Shown here: in pieces, positions 1-13,525 of the stretch | How positions within the stretch are numbered: the first letter of the stretch is position 1 | Layout of the letters: each line of letters starts with the position of its first letter | Origin: Paraspadella gotoi | Lineage: Eukaryota; Animalia; Chaetognatha | Assembly (NCBI GenBank): GCA_051294375.1 | Contig: CM119266.1 | Span: 18,958,087 to 19,022,086 of the forward strand | Reading direction: 5' to 3' | Length of the DNA: 64,000 bases | Position numbers and translations under genes: made by a program | The notes under the pieces: generated by a model | Seen by the model: the letters and a program-made list of their open reading frames with translations, nothing else | The model's database searches: none | Told to the model about the DNA's origin: nothing

Positions 1-240
1 CGAAACTGAAGGTAAATGCATTTTTGAGAGAAAAGAGGAAGGGAAAAGAAAAGAAAAGAAAAGAAAAGAAAAGAAAAGAAAAAGAAAAACCAACATAAAA
101 AAGAGAGAAAACGAGAAAAAGTAGATTACTGATAATAATTATTATTAACGGGAAAAAGCAAGTTAATGATAATAATTATCAATTCAACAACGAATCACGA
201 ATCCTCAGTTTCCGACCTTCACATCTATAACAATCAGTAA

Positions 241-288
241 TCTATAACAATCTATAACAATCTATAACAATCTATAACAATCTATAAC
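241..288. repeat. 10-bp tandem repeat (TCTATAACAA) x5
   Basis: Direct reading. Confidence 0.9.
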
Positions 289-393
289 ATCGACCTCTTC
301 AACCACTATTTCCTTGTAAATACTACAATCGGGAGTTTCTCAAATTTCGATAAATTTTTCGTGCTTAGAATTTGACTGGCAACCATGGCTTAC

Positions 394-466
394 TATCTGA
401 GAAGGTCAGATCCGTAATTTGCGGACCGACTGACCGACAGACGCGAATACTCGCGGCGCAACTCAT
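394..466 (-). CDS. Candidate first coding exon of a leftward gene (MSCAASIRVCRSVGPQITDLTFSD)
   Basis: ATG at 466, GC-rich open frame, GTAAGC donor at 393, phase 1. Downstream exons would lie outside the window. Confidence 0.25.
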
Positions 467-1646
467 AAAAAAAACAAATACTTTCGTATGAAGAAACGAA
501 TAGAGAAATAAAAAAAACAAAAAAACATCGAGATAAAAAAAAAAGGAAAAAGGAAAAATAAAGGAAAAGATAAAAAAGGAAAAAAGAAAGATGGTTTCGA
601 CGCTCTCCTTTTTTTTTCTTTCGACAGCGTTTGGGTGAGCAAAGCCTAAGAAAGGTCAAAAGTCGTGTTGCGTTTGGGTCCAAGATTTTCGACGAACAGA
701 ACGGGCGAAAGGAGGAGCTAGTGGCGTGAGAGAGACGGTGAGGTGGTCGATGGTTAAGGCGAGTGAAGATTAAGATTTAATAAAGATAAGATTTAATAAG
801 ATTTAATAAATGTATGAAATTGGAACAACCAATATAACAAATAAGTTATCTTTGAACATGCTATGGTGGTGCTATGGTGCAATGTCTGTGGTGCTATGGT
901 GCTATGGTGGGCTAAGGTTTCGATACATCTTACATTTACTAGATAATAACAAGAAAGCTTTCATTAAGAATCTCTTACAGTCTCGTTAATTCACTTCCAG
1001 AATACCTGGCTTCCCTATCGATGGGATAATATCAGTGGTATAAAATTTCAAAGAATGTTTAAATTGTATAAACTATGAAAGCACCACTCTCTTTCGTATA
1101 ACTGATCATGGTAGTTCACATATGTATAAAAACGTTTGTTCCTGATGGAGGTCAGAGTTAAAAGAGATGGAACGGGTCAATTCAAATTTAGCTCCTGTTT
1201 AACTCGAGAAGTCTGGAGCTGCTTCAGTATAAATCGTAGCTTCACTGTTGACTTTGTTGTTGTTTTTCGTGAGAGTTTCGTTGTCGTCGTCCTCTTCTTC
1301 CTCCTTACGCTCGTCCTCTTCTTCCTCTTCTTCCTCCCCGCTGTTATGAAGGCTTATTTTTCTCTGCGGATTTAGTTTGACAAGAAAACGATTCTGGGAT
1401 TGTTTTGGTCTCGTTGTAAACTCGGATGTTTATGAACCGACGGAGGGGGTCGCCTCGGTCGGGAGTGGAAGCTCACAGCGGAGAATCTCGTGGTTCTCAG
1501 TCTTAAGTGTCTGACTGTCGGAGATAATCGGTTATATACGACTAATCACTAATCACCTCATCTCTCTTCCTTATTCATTTTAACGTATAACCATTAACCA
1601 TTAACCATTAACCATCATTTAAGCGCGATTCAGTTTACCACTAAAA

Positions 1647-2346
1647 TTCACCACTTTAACCCCTTTCTTTCCTCGCCCACGCCAAGATCACTCACTTAAA
1701 CCTTTCTTTTCCTCGCCCACCAAGATTCACCACTTAAACCCCTTTCTTTCCTCGCCACCAAGATTCACCACTTTACCCCTTTCTTTCCTCGCCACCAAGA
1801 TTCACACACTTTAACACCCTTTCTTCCTCGCCCACCAAGATTCACCACTTTAACCCCTTTCTTTCCTCGCCCACCAAGATTCACCACTTTACCCCTTTCT
1901 TTCCTCGCCCACCAAGATTCACCACTTACCCTTTCTTTCTCCCCACCAAGATTCACCTACTTTAACCCTTTTCTTTCCTTACCCACCAAGATTCATACTT
2001 TAACCCCTTTCTTTCCTCGCCCACCAAGATTCACCACTTTAACCCCTTTCTTTCCTCGCCCACCAAGATTCACCACTTTAACCCTTTTTCTTTCCTCGCC
2101 CACCAAAGATTCACCAACTTTAACCTTTCTTTCTCGCCCACCAAGATTCACCACTTTAACCCTTTCTTTCCTGCACCCACAAGATTCACCACTTTAACCC
2201 TTTTCTTTCCTCGCCCACCAAGATTCACCACTTTAACCCTTCCTTTCTTTTCCTCGCCCACCAAGATTCACCACTTTAACCCTTTTCTTTCCTCGCCCAC
2301 CAAGATTCCACCACTTTAACCCCTTTCTTTCCTCGCCCACCAAGAT
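1647..2346. repeat. 39-bp minisatellite, ~18 copies (TTCACCACTTTAACCCCTTTCTTTCCTCGCCCACCAAGA)
   Basis: Head-to-tail units read directly, with small indels. Confidence 0.95.
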
Positions 2347-4697
2347 CCCTCCCTCGCACGAGTTTTCTCGACGTTTTACTCGCGCGTGCTCTGGGCGTAA
2401 ATATTCCTTTTCGTACGCGAGTCGGGAGTCGTTGACCCAAATTCCGCTTCGCCTTTGGAAAAAAAGGAAGCTTGAGTATTTCGAGACCCCGTGTGATGCC
2501 TCACCGCGGTTTCACTTCCCCCTCTTTCCCCGGGGCCACCCCCACACTGCCCGGTGCTCATACTCTCCACACTGCCCCGTTGAGGTCCCGCTGTATCACT
2601 CCCAAACTGTTCTGAATCATTTTTCTATCATTGGCGAGACTTTCTGTTCAATTTTGAATGCGTGATCATTTAGAATTGCACAAGGTCTTCCCTCCGAATT
2701 CCGTTTAAACTGAACTTGGGTCAGATGAGTCATCTCGACTTACGTATACCTTTGGACGTCATATTTATCAACTACATATTACCTTATCTTTTCTCTTCTC
2801 TCTCCCTTTTTTTTCTCATTTCATACTTCTCTCTACCACCCAAGAAACCACTCCAACATACACACATAAAACGCTCGCACATAAAACCACTCAAACACCC
2901 ACACACAGTCGGCAACTGACGACAAACTCCGTTGTTCACAACTCTTTTAGGCGACGACTCCCGCACAGAAATGTTTAATATCGATGCTCTGTCTCTGTCT
3001 CACTCAATCCCGCTCCACTCGTCGACTTTTCCCAATCAATAAGATATTACTTTATAGTTATGATTTTTTTTTTTTAAAAATACTCTAATTAGCATTTAAT
3101 GAAAAATATGCTCTGATCGGATTTTGCTAACCCATCACAGTAAGTGTCTTCTCGGTTTACTTGAAGATTTTATAGATTTCAAAGATGGTACTTTCTTTGT
3201 TTGTTTCATATCCTCTCTTGTCTACCGTGTTCAATACTTAACATGCTTATCTACATTAGCAACATTAGACGCAGTTTCTTCCGATCAAAATCTTTTAGCT
3301 AAAATTGAATCGAAAAACTAAAGTCCTTTTTAAATATTAAAAAAAAAAAAACATTGAGGTACCCCATAAAGGTTAAGATCCCACGAATGCTTGACGCTAT
3401 TGATCGAAGATTCAGTCAGAATTAGTTACAGTGAAAAAAATCGGAAAACTTTAGCCAAGATGTTCTTTTTTGGCAGAACAATAAAGAAAGAGGAGCAATT
3501 AACATTGCCAGTAATAACGATTCCTTTCGCCACCCTGCCATCTCCCTCCCTCATTTCAACTCCCTTCTCATTTCTTGGCATGGTAGAGGTCATGACCTCT
3601 TGGCATGGTAGAGGTCATGACATAACCCACGGCTCACACTTGTCTCAGTCTCGACCTTTCCCTTTCCCAAAATTACAGTTGTGTTCCTCTAAGTTTTTTT
3701 TTTTTTTTGTTAGTTTTTACGCAGTTGCTTTTTATTGAGAGAAAGTTTAAATGTTATTTGGGATATAATACGAGGGTCGGAGGCCTAAACTCGCCATAGC
3801 TTGTCCAAAGTGATAAAACGTATAAGTTTTATATTGTGGACAAGTTGTTACGAATTAGAATTTCACAAAGATCAAGAAATTCATCTTCGTTTAATTCTCG
3901 TCTGACGGCGATTTCCAAACGATCCTCATTTACTCGGGCGAATCAAACCCTTTCTATCGGCAAGACGCCGCTCGCGCGCCACAACCTTCCCCACCGCAGA
4001 GGCGAGCAGCGCCGCTTTCTCCGCCGCCGACGCTGCGGGAAAACGCGGAACAACCAAGTTTTTTTTCTTTTCTTTTCTTTTTTTTTTATTCCCGTTGGAG
4101 AAGAAATTAACCTCTCCACTGACCGCGATTCCGGAAGCTGACGGTGGTCCCCGTTTTTTTGAGGTGGTTGGAGATTGTCGCGGGAGGGGGAAGGCTGGGG
4201 AGAAGGGTGGGTCGTATGGTTGGCATAGGACTTTGGAATCGAGTAGAGTACCTAGATATTTTCTTCTTTTTTCTTTCTTTCTTCTCTTCCTCCTATTTTT
4301 TTTATTACGATACTCCTTCCATTCATATTTCTTTTGTCTTCATTTTATTCCCATATAATTTTTTTCTTTCTTTCTTCTTTCTTAGTTTTTCTCCTGACAT
4401 GATGCGCGCATGCAAAAGGGATATTGTCGTCCTCGGATATAGAGGATGCCCTCCCGAAGAGGAGGGCGAGAGGATGAAGTCATGCGGTGCGAGTTGGAGT
4501 CAGACTTGGGATACGGCGTGGGGGCCAGGGAGGTCACGTGGGGAAAAATGGAAAAAGAGTTGGGGTGCGCGGTCTCGAGTCGGAAGGTTCAAGGAAATAC
4601 GGACGGAGGAGGGCGGCTGGACCAGAGGTCATGCAGGGAGACACGGGGAAAAGGGCAGAGGCTGATAGGTTCAAAGGTCACGCTGGGATAGACGAAG

Positions 4698-4815
<118 letters not shown>

Positions 4816-5854
4816 CCGTGGATCGCGGGCGGAAAAGATAATGAGTTGGGAGGAAAGAGGGAAAACGATGAACGAGTTCTTCGTCCTTGATGTGAGAGAC
4901 AGAGACGATCGGCATTTGAGCTAAAAAATCGAGGATTACTCCGTCACTTAATTCATCGCTTCGTCCAAATCATCAAATCTCCGTCCTTTCTGTTTTTCTT
5001 CTTTGATCTTAGTCACCGTGTATCTTTCATCGCTGCGGCAATAATGACAAGGATCCGAATCCCCAACTCCCAATGACACTATGCCTAGAGCCCCTGGCGT
5101 CATCGTCAGTCATTCCGACTTCCCGACGATGCCATTGGCAATATGAGACCGAATTTCCGCTTTAGAACGTGCAATGAAAATTTTAAAAATCAACATTCGA
5201 TTCGATTTCAAACGAATTTTTTTATTAAAGTCGAGAATAAAATCTAAATGTAGGTAAATTAAAAAACTGAACAGTATTTTGATTTTTCTGCATAATAAAG
5301 TAGAATGTTTGCATTACTATTTTGCTGGTTTATGCGAAGAAGTTAATGGAATTTTCTTTTTTGTAAATTCTGTCCCACTCAATATAGAAATATTTTTAAA
5401 GGAATGATATTTAAACGACGAATCAAAGTCTGCTGTAAATTATTATTTAAAAATCATACTTTTTACTTCGTATGCGTAAATTGATATGATTATTTTGATT
5501 CAACAGGTGCCATTAACATAATGTTGTTTATTTCACTTTGAGATTTTTTTTCAAAATAAATTTAGAATTTTTAAAAATCTGTGATCCAAAGTCGAAAATT
5601 CAGCGAATTTGAGCTTTAGCCTCAAAAGTAAAAAATAAATCGTTTTCAAAGTCAGACTCATCAATTAACACGATTTTATGCACTTAAAGATAAGATATGG
5701 GAGTAAAATAAAATATAAATTAGGCCACATATGAGTAATAAATCAATTAAAATGAATAATTTAATAAACTTTGTTCAACGTTGTTTGTTGCTTCCAAGAT
5801 TCGAACCCTTTTTCTTTCTATTGATACTTAAAAGTTTAAATACTTAAAAAAATT

Positions 5855-5902
<48 letters not shown>

Positions 5903-7611
5903 AAAAACTAACAAAGTTTAAGATTTATAATGATATATATTAAAATAGATTAAAATCGTCAAGAAAAAATGGTAAAGAAGCTAAGCTACATAAACCCTTA
6001 GAATTGTTATTTACTGGAGACTGAGTTTAAATTTACTGCTGCCTAATTTCTTTACTGAAAAAAAAAGAACTAGCACTTTTGTTATCTGAACCCGATTGTC
6101 CGATGTTACGAAACCTAAAAGGAAATTTCACAGCTAGGAAGAAAGAGGGCAGACGCTCTCACTGTTCATGGTGCGGAATTCACCATAAAGCTTGAACTCG
6201 ATGTGTCTTTTGTTTCTGAAATCTGTTCCTTAATGTTTTTACTAAATATAACGTTTAAATTAATAGGCATTAAAAACAGTTTAGTCAACCTTTCAAAAAT
6301 ATTTCAAATTATTTTAAAAAAGGGTGAAAGCAAAATATTTTATATACTCTAATAGTATTAAACTACCATTCGACACCAGTCAAAAAAGAGGCGACTGAAT
6401 CATAGTAATGTTACTAAAAACTAAATGGGTTACTTTGTTTTTTTACCTTGTTACTTTATTCCCTCAAAGTTAAGGAAAATCTGGGATCTTTTATATATTA
6501 AGAAGGATCTTTTTTTTCGGATTCTGAGAGAGCTTAAAAAGTTGGATAAAGCTTATTATTACCACTTTTTACAATTTTTTTGTTCATCAGTAAAAAGTTG
6601 AAAAAAACTATTAAATTTAGCAAATGATAAAGATAAGGATGATTTTTTAAGGTTTTTTTATTTTTGACCCAATTATCGCCCAAATTTAAAAAAAATTATA
6701 ACAATAACTTTTATTTGACTTTTTTATCTCTACGTTCTTAAAAATGAAAAGTTAAAAAAAAAATCTTTAGTCCTTTCTTGTATATTAGTAAATATTTAAA
6801 TGCTTCAATGTAATAACAAATCGATTTAGTAGTAAAAAAAATTTAATCGTTCGAAATTTAAGTAATATAAAGTGTTAAATTGTATATATAGTATATATGC
6901 CAACAGCTTAGAAATAAACATAAGATTTTAGGATAATTAAAAACGATGCGATATAATATTTCTTAAGCGAGGAAATACACAAACTTACATCATTATAAAT
7001 CATTATAAATAAGAAAATAAAATGTGAGTTTTCAAAGACATTTTTAAAAATAAATCTTTCGCTTCCATCTGGAACAATATTTGAAGTTCTAATCAAATTA
7101 ACAAATATAACAAAGTATGAAATTTGTAAAAAAATAAATAAATAAAGGGAAGAGTTTTTTGGTTGGAGGTTGTTAAGCAAATCCGTCTCCCTTGCGAGTT
7201 TGGGGCCCTTGGTTCCTCTAACTTTGCTTTTGTCACCTTCTGCTTCTCATTCCACGATTCTTTCTTGCGGTTTTGAAAAAGTGTGCATAAGCAAAAGTTA
7301 GGGACGCAGTCCTCGGCTTCGTTGTCACTCTGGCTTTAGCGAGTTTTTTTTCTTTGCCTATTAAAATATTAATGTTTATTGTTTAATCTTGCTCCTTGTG
7401 GTTTCTGTTCATTCGTTCTTGAATCATATCATATCATACTTTTTAAGTTTACTCCTTTTTCAATTTCCAAAGTTTCGAGTAATTGCACTTAATTTTGGTC
7501 TTGTCTTTCTTCTGCAGAACTTTTGATTTTGGCTAAAGGAAATGAAAAAATAAGAGAGCTCTTGAAAGAAAGAAAGAAAAAGGAAAGAATGAAAGGAGCG
7601 AAGTAAGAATA

Positions 7612-7699
<88 letters not shown>

Positions 7700-7700
7700 A
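7612..7700. repeat. (AAAG)n tetranucleotide microsatellite
   Basis: Direct reading. (CTTT)n also at ~53202-53297. Confidence 0.97.
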
Positions 7701-8790
7701 AAAAAAAAAGAAAAGGTGAGTAGAATCAATAAAAAGAAAAGGTGAAATGCATCAAAGGAAGAGAAAATTAAAACAAAGAGATGAAGATAAGATTCGAATT
7801 TGATCCACTTTTGAAGGAAGATCTTTCGTTAGACCTGCAATTTTTTTTGAAAACCGCGCGACGCCGACAATGACGACGACGTCGATTTTGAAGGAAATAT
7901 CATGGCTTTTTATCACGACGACGTCGATGACAACGATAGGGAGGACGACAACGCGTCTCGATATGAAATCCGCGTCGTCGTCGTCATCGTCCCTATAGTC
8001 GTCGTCGTCGACGTCGCTTCCACTTTTCCCTTTGTAATTGACCCAGCGTCGTCGTCGTCGTCGCCGTTCCTTTTCACTCGTCGTCTTCGTAGTCGTCGTC
8101 GTCGCGCGCTCTTCGCTCCAACGCGGATTCCTTACCTTTTTTTTTCCGTTCGCTCACCCGCGAGCGTCGCCTTTACAATAATGTAATCGGGATTCGTTCC
8201 TGGCCTCCGTCTCTGCTGCCACAGACGCCTGGCGTCCTTTTCGCTGCGATGGCAGCTGCATGCGCTTACCGCCTGCCGCCTGCCGCCTGCCGCCTGCCGT
8301 CTCGGTTCCAACGTCACAATCGACGCATCGTCTCTTTACCTCAACCAAGGATTAACTAAATCCACATCGAAGCTGATTGAACGTTCGGTCGTCTTTTCAA
8401 TTAAGCCTGGACACACTCGACCATATATTTATGCCTTCGGACAAAGTTTTTTTTTTTTGTCATATTTTCATTTTAGGATAAAAATTAAAATAGAAAAAGT
8501 TTACGCCGATGAACGATCGATGGCGCTTTGTTCGTTTCCGCTCGCCGATGAGATCGAGAACCAGGGTACATTTTACATTTTACTTCAGCATAAATTGTCG
8601 GCCTGCGATGCTTACGTAATTTATTCCGCCTTTTTTATTTGAATGTTTGACACTTTTTCTTTTCTTTTCTTTATTACAATAACCTTCGTATGTCTACTTT
8701 GTTGTCGTCGTCGTCGTCGTCGTTTTCTCATAAGGAGAAGAAAACCATTGGCGTTCAGATATCATGATACGCTCTTTTCTTTCTTTCTTC

Positions 8791-8894
<104 letters not shown>

Positions 8895-10899
8895 CACAGT
8901 CTAGGTTCAGGATTAAGGTACTACTCTTTCCATCTTTCGTTTTCCACTGACGTTTTAAATGCTTCTCGGCTATTCTAAGGTTCGAGCCGGCAAAACAGCA
9001 ATGCACCGAATTGGCGAATCAACAGTCGCGATCGACAACAAGGAAATTCCATTATATTTTTCCCTTAATGACAGACCAGACTGTTGGTCTCCTTTTTCTT
9101 TCAAACTCGACTTCATGTTTTTCAAAAGAAACTTTATTTTGCGTTTAATAGTTGTTCGCTCTTTATTCACTGCATTACAATGCGACAGATTATGCCAAAG
9201 AATACTTCTATTTAGTAAAATGCTGTCGTCCTAAATTAACCCTACCTTATTTTTTTTCAATCCACAGATTAACGTAACATAGCTTGGATTTCGAACATCA
9301 AAACATTCATGTCAGGCATTGTGATATTTTTTTTTGGAGCAAACCAACTTTTTTGCCTGGAATTTTATTATGTAAATAAACCAAAAAAATCGAAAATTCG
9401 TGGACTAATCGATGTTTTTGTGTAGAAAAAATTCACGAAAGCAAAACTTGTATATATTAATTTATTTCAAAAAGTGTTTTCAAATTATATGTAAAACAAT
9501 TACACTCTTCAAAATACTTGATATTGTTCGAAACATTAAAACGTAACCAACATTAAGTGACTTTCTTGCGTCTATACGAATACAACCACGATACGGGTAA
9601 TTTTTTTTTTCCAACTTCACCTACGCTATCTTTGTGCGACCGTTGACCAAAAAAAAAAAACATAAAAAAGCCTTTTACTTTTACTTCTTTCGTCAAAACT
9701 GATGCGTTTTAACTTTTTTGTAATAAACTTAACCAACTGTCAGCCGTCGTTACTAGACGGACGTCATTGGTTAAAAACCCAGAAAAGTCAGCTTGGTACT
9801 AAAAATCAAAGAATCGAACCAATCACGAAGCGTCGATGCGTCTCCAAATCTTACTTTATGCCGACGCCCTCCTTCAACGACACCATCGCTCCATATTATG
9901 GCACGCCTTCTTATCGCTCTCAAAACACGACGCTCTCATCTACCATCAAATTCACAGTAACATTTTTCGAAAACGTTCGCCAAAGCCATTGGTCACGGAC
10001 GACCTAGGACCGAATTGCGCGCCTCATTAATCGCCACGCCTCTCCCGCGACGCCTCGGCCTTCGCGAAATCTGAGACGGACCCCTAGCGGCCTCTCTCGA
10101 TCTCTACCGGAAATGGGGCAGTAGCGTCGCGGGGAATCGATTGTAAGTCGAGGGTTCGCTATTTAAGTATATATTCTTATTTCTTAGACTCGCAAGACTG
10201 AATTAAGGAAAACAAAACTTAGAATAAATAATTTTTAAAAAGGAGAGGCTGTTGAAGTTTTGGCTTCACTCTTTAGTCATGAGAATTGAGATTAAAACAA
10301 AATCCGTTCATTCATAAGTCACTTTTACATAACGATATAGTGTTCAAAAATAATAGGCTTTTGAGCCTCTTGTAAAGATTATTACTAGGGTTGCCGAGAC
10401 AAACTTGAAAAAGCCATAAATATATATAATAAATAAATATTAGAAATGGTTTTAAAATTCGAGCCCTAAATTAGGTTTAAAAAAAGTGTGTCAGTGTGCT
10501 TATATTGATTTTTTTTTCGTTTGTTTTTAATGTTTAAATTCAGCTCAGTGATTAATATTTCAATTGGCCTCGATTAATCTATTTTTAGTTTTGAAGGGAC
10601 GCAATATACAAAATTCAGAAAAATCCGTCTAATTTATTCAGAACTGATTCTAGTCATAAAATATCACAACATCATTTTGTAATATGAAGTTCTTTGCCTC
10701 ACTACCGGTACTGGACATTTTGAATTTGATACTTGGAACTTCAAAAATTAACGGGTCTTGTGCGACATTTATAAAATTGTATTAATTTTTTCAGTACGTT
10801 TTGTCTTTTCATCAGATATTAATCTCTCTCTCTCACTCTCTCTCTGTCTCCCTTCCCTTTTTCTCTCTTCCTGTCTGTACCTGATTCTCCCTTTCTCAT

Positions 10900-10931
<32 letters not shown>

Positions 10932-11730
10932 CTCTTTCCAAGGGTTCATCATTTGACCTCTTCTTCCGGCCATTTCTACGCATGCCATTCTTGTCTTCCA
11001 AAATTTTCTCTTCAGGGACGCAAATCGAAAGAAAGACGAATTTCCATTTCATCAAAAAATCAATTTTCAAAATTATATCAAAAAAATGATGTACAATGAA
11101 GAGATTGTGGCCTTTTGTCGTAATCATCTCCTGCCACAAGATCTTATTTTTTTTTCTATAGGCTTTTGATTTGATACAGGGAATTCAAACTGGAGTGATA
11201 CTTATAATTATAATTATAATTATACTTATAATTAAAACGAAGAGCGCTCGTGTTATAAATTTTTTTTATATCAATAGAAAAATACTTGACTTTTGTTTTC
11301 CACCAATTCGCAACATTCTAGCTGAAATAGTTTCTGTATTATAAATATTTCCCTCAGAAAGTAAATTTCTAAAGAAACAGAATTTTTCTGATTAAAACAA
11401 TCAATTTTTTTTCATATTTCATTTTTTATTAATAAGATAGTGTTGCAGATCTATTGGACCATCCCTAGGACGGTCTCGCTTTGCCAACGAAGAGGGAAGT
11501 CTTTAAGACTCGGCGCTTAAGAGCCACTGTGATTATACTATTATACTATAACATTTTTTTAAAGAAAAAATAAACGTCAAATAGTTTTCTTACTAATAAA
11601 TGTTAGAAAATAATATGCATTGAAAGAATTAAGAGTTTAATAAAGTCTTTTCGTATTACTCCAGATTGAAGTCCCTGTAAATATCTCTCTCTCTCTGTCT
11701 CTATTTGAATCAACCTCGATTTTACGCTAC

Positions 11731-11820
11731 TTCCGGAGCTGAAAAGGATAAAGCCATTCCATCCCGCTCCACTTTCAGGAGCTGAAAAGGATGGAGCCAT
11801 TCCATCCCGTTCCACTTTCC
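11731..11820. repeat. ~43-bp tandem duplication (GGAGCTGAAAAGGAT..AGCCATTCCATCCCG.TCCACTTTC)
   Basis: Two adjacent near-identical copies. Confidence 0.85.
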
Positions 11821-12830
11821 TCGACTCCTTAATTTAAAACTCTAATTTCCCTTTCATCGTAATTTTATTCTTTTTTGGAATTTCCCGTATTTTTAATTTC
11901 TGCATTTTTTCAGTCGTTCAGTCCCCCCAACTCTCCCATCCCAATTATCTGCATTTCCCCTTTTCTCTTTGGTAAGCCCCAACTCCCCAACCACCATAGC
12001 GCCTCATACAACTCTACTTCAGTTATTCTGATTCCTGATTGGTTGAGATCCGGACCAGATTCTTGATTGGTTGAATATTTTCTCATCTCTCTTACCATCC
12101 TCGATAGTATTGCATTCCTTCATTCATTCATATTCTCGGTAATTCGTGCCCCCTTCGTGGCCTCTCTCTCTCTCTCTCAGTCTCTCTCTCTCTTCTCTCT
12201 CTCTCTCTCTCTCTCCTTTGGTAGAACAAATCTTTTGTCGGTCCGCTTCTTATCTTTACACTTGTTTAGTTTATTATTGTTATGTATTGGTTTTCTTTAG
12301 TTTTCGACTATTAGTAAATAATATTAGATAGCTTATTTATCAAATGAATGGATAATTTTCATTTTGGTTGTACCAATTTTATTAAGCTTTATTCGAGATT
12401 AAATAAAATTACCCATCTCTTGTTAAACGTAAAAGACTATTTTTTCTCTTGAATAAATATTTGATATATTTTAAAAAAGGTTTATTTTCTCTTAAAACAA
12501 TAGAGTTGTCCGTATGTCCGGTCATCAGATGAATTTCATAGCGACCGATAATAGTGCAAAGTCAAAAAAAAAAATATCAATCAGTAAATCCTTGACGAGA
12601 AGGTCAGCTCTCGGACGAAGACATGAAAGAGCAACTATGGAACTATGGTCATAGTATGGACGAGCAAACAAAATCCTCAATGAAATATGGAATAGTAATT
12701 GTACGTCGGGTTTCTGCGGAGCGAGGCGAGGTCAGAGACGGCGGGTCGGGTCAGAACAGGACCAAAGGTCAGCGAGAAAGTGACCTGATGACCTCGTCTT
12801 CGACTGGCGTCGGGATTTCGGGCAAAACGG

Positions 12831-13525
12831 GAAACATGGAGAAAGGGGCTGAGAAGTGGAACGAACGGGGCGAAAACATGGAGAAAGGAGACATGAAGAA
12901 AGGGAATGAGAAATGGAATGAACGGGGCGGAAGCATGGGAAAGGGGCTGAGAAGTGGAACGAACGGGGCGAAGACATGGAGAAAGGAGACATGGAGAAAG
13001 GGATTGAGAAATGGAATGAACGGGGCGAAGACATGGAGAAAGGGATGAGAAGTGGAACGAACGGGGCGAAGACATGGAGAAAGGAGACATGGAGAAAGGG
13101 ACTGAGAAATGGAATGAACGGGGCGAAGACATGGAGAAAGGAGACATGGAGAAAGGATTGAGAAATAGAATGAACGGGGCGAAGACATGGAGAAAGGAGA
13201 CATGGAGAAAGGGATTGAGAAATGGAATGAACGGGGCGAAGACATGGAGAAAGGAGACATGGAGAAAGGGACTGAGAAATGGAATGAACGGGGCGAAGAC
13301 ATGGAGAAAGGAGACATGAGAAAGGGATTGAGAAATGGAATGAACGGGGCGAAGACATGGAGAAAGGAGACATGGAGAAAGGGATTGAGAAGTGGAATGA
13401 AGCGGGGCGAAGACATGGAGAAAGGAGACATGGAGAAAGGGATTGAGAAATGGAATGAACGGGGCGAGACCATGGAGAAAGGAGACATGGAGAAAGGGGC
13501 TGAGAAACGGAACGAACGGGGCGAA
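12831..13525. repeat. 57-bp minisatellite, ~12 copies (GAGAAATGGAATGAACGGGGCGAAGACATGGAGAAAGGAGACATGGAGAAAGGGATT)
   Basis: Tandem units with an internal 15-bp duplication (GACATGGAGAAAGGA) that is absent in some copies. Confidence 0.95.

Noticed and set aside
7200-7535. Short - strand open frames, one faintly HMG-box-like (KPRTASLTFAYAHFFKTARK)
   Set aside because: The resemblance is weak and no phase-consistent exon chain could be built.
10386-10395. TAGGGTTGCC, a hAT-like terminus
   Set aside because: No matching inverted end or TSD found nearby.
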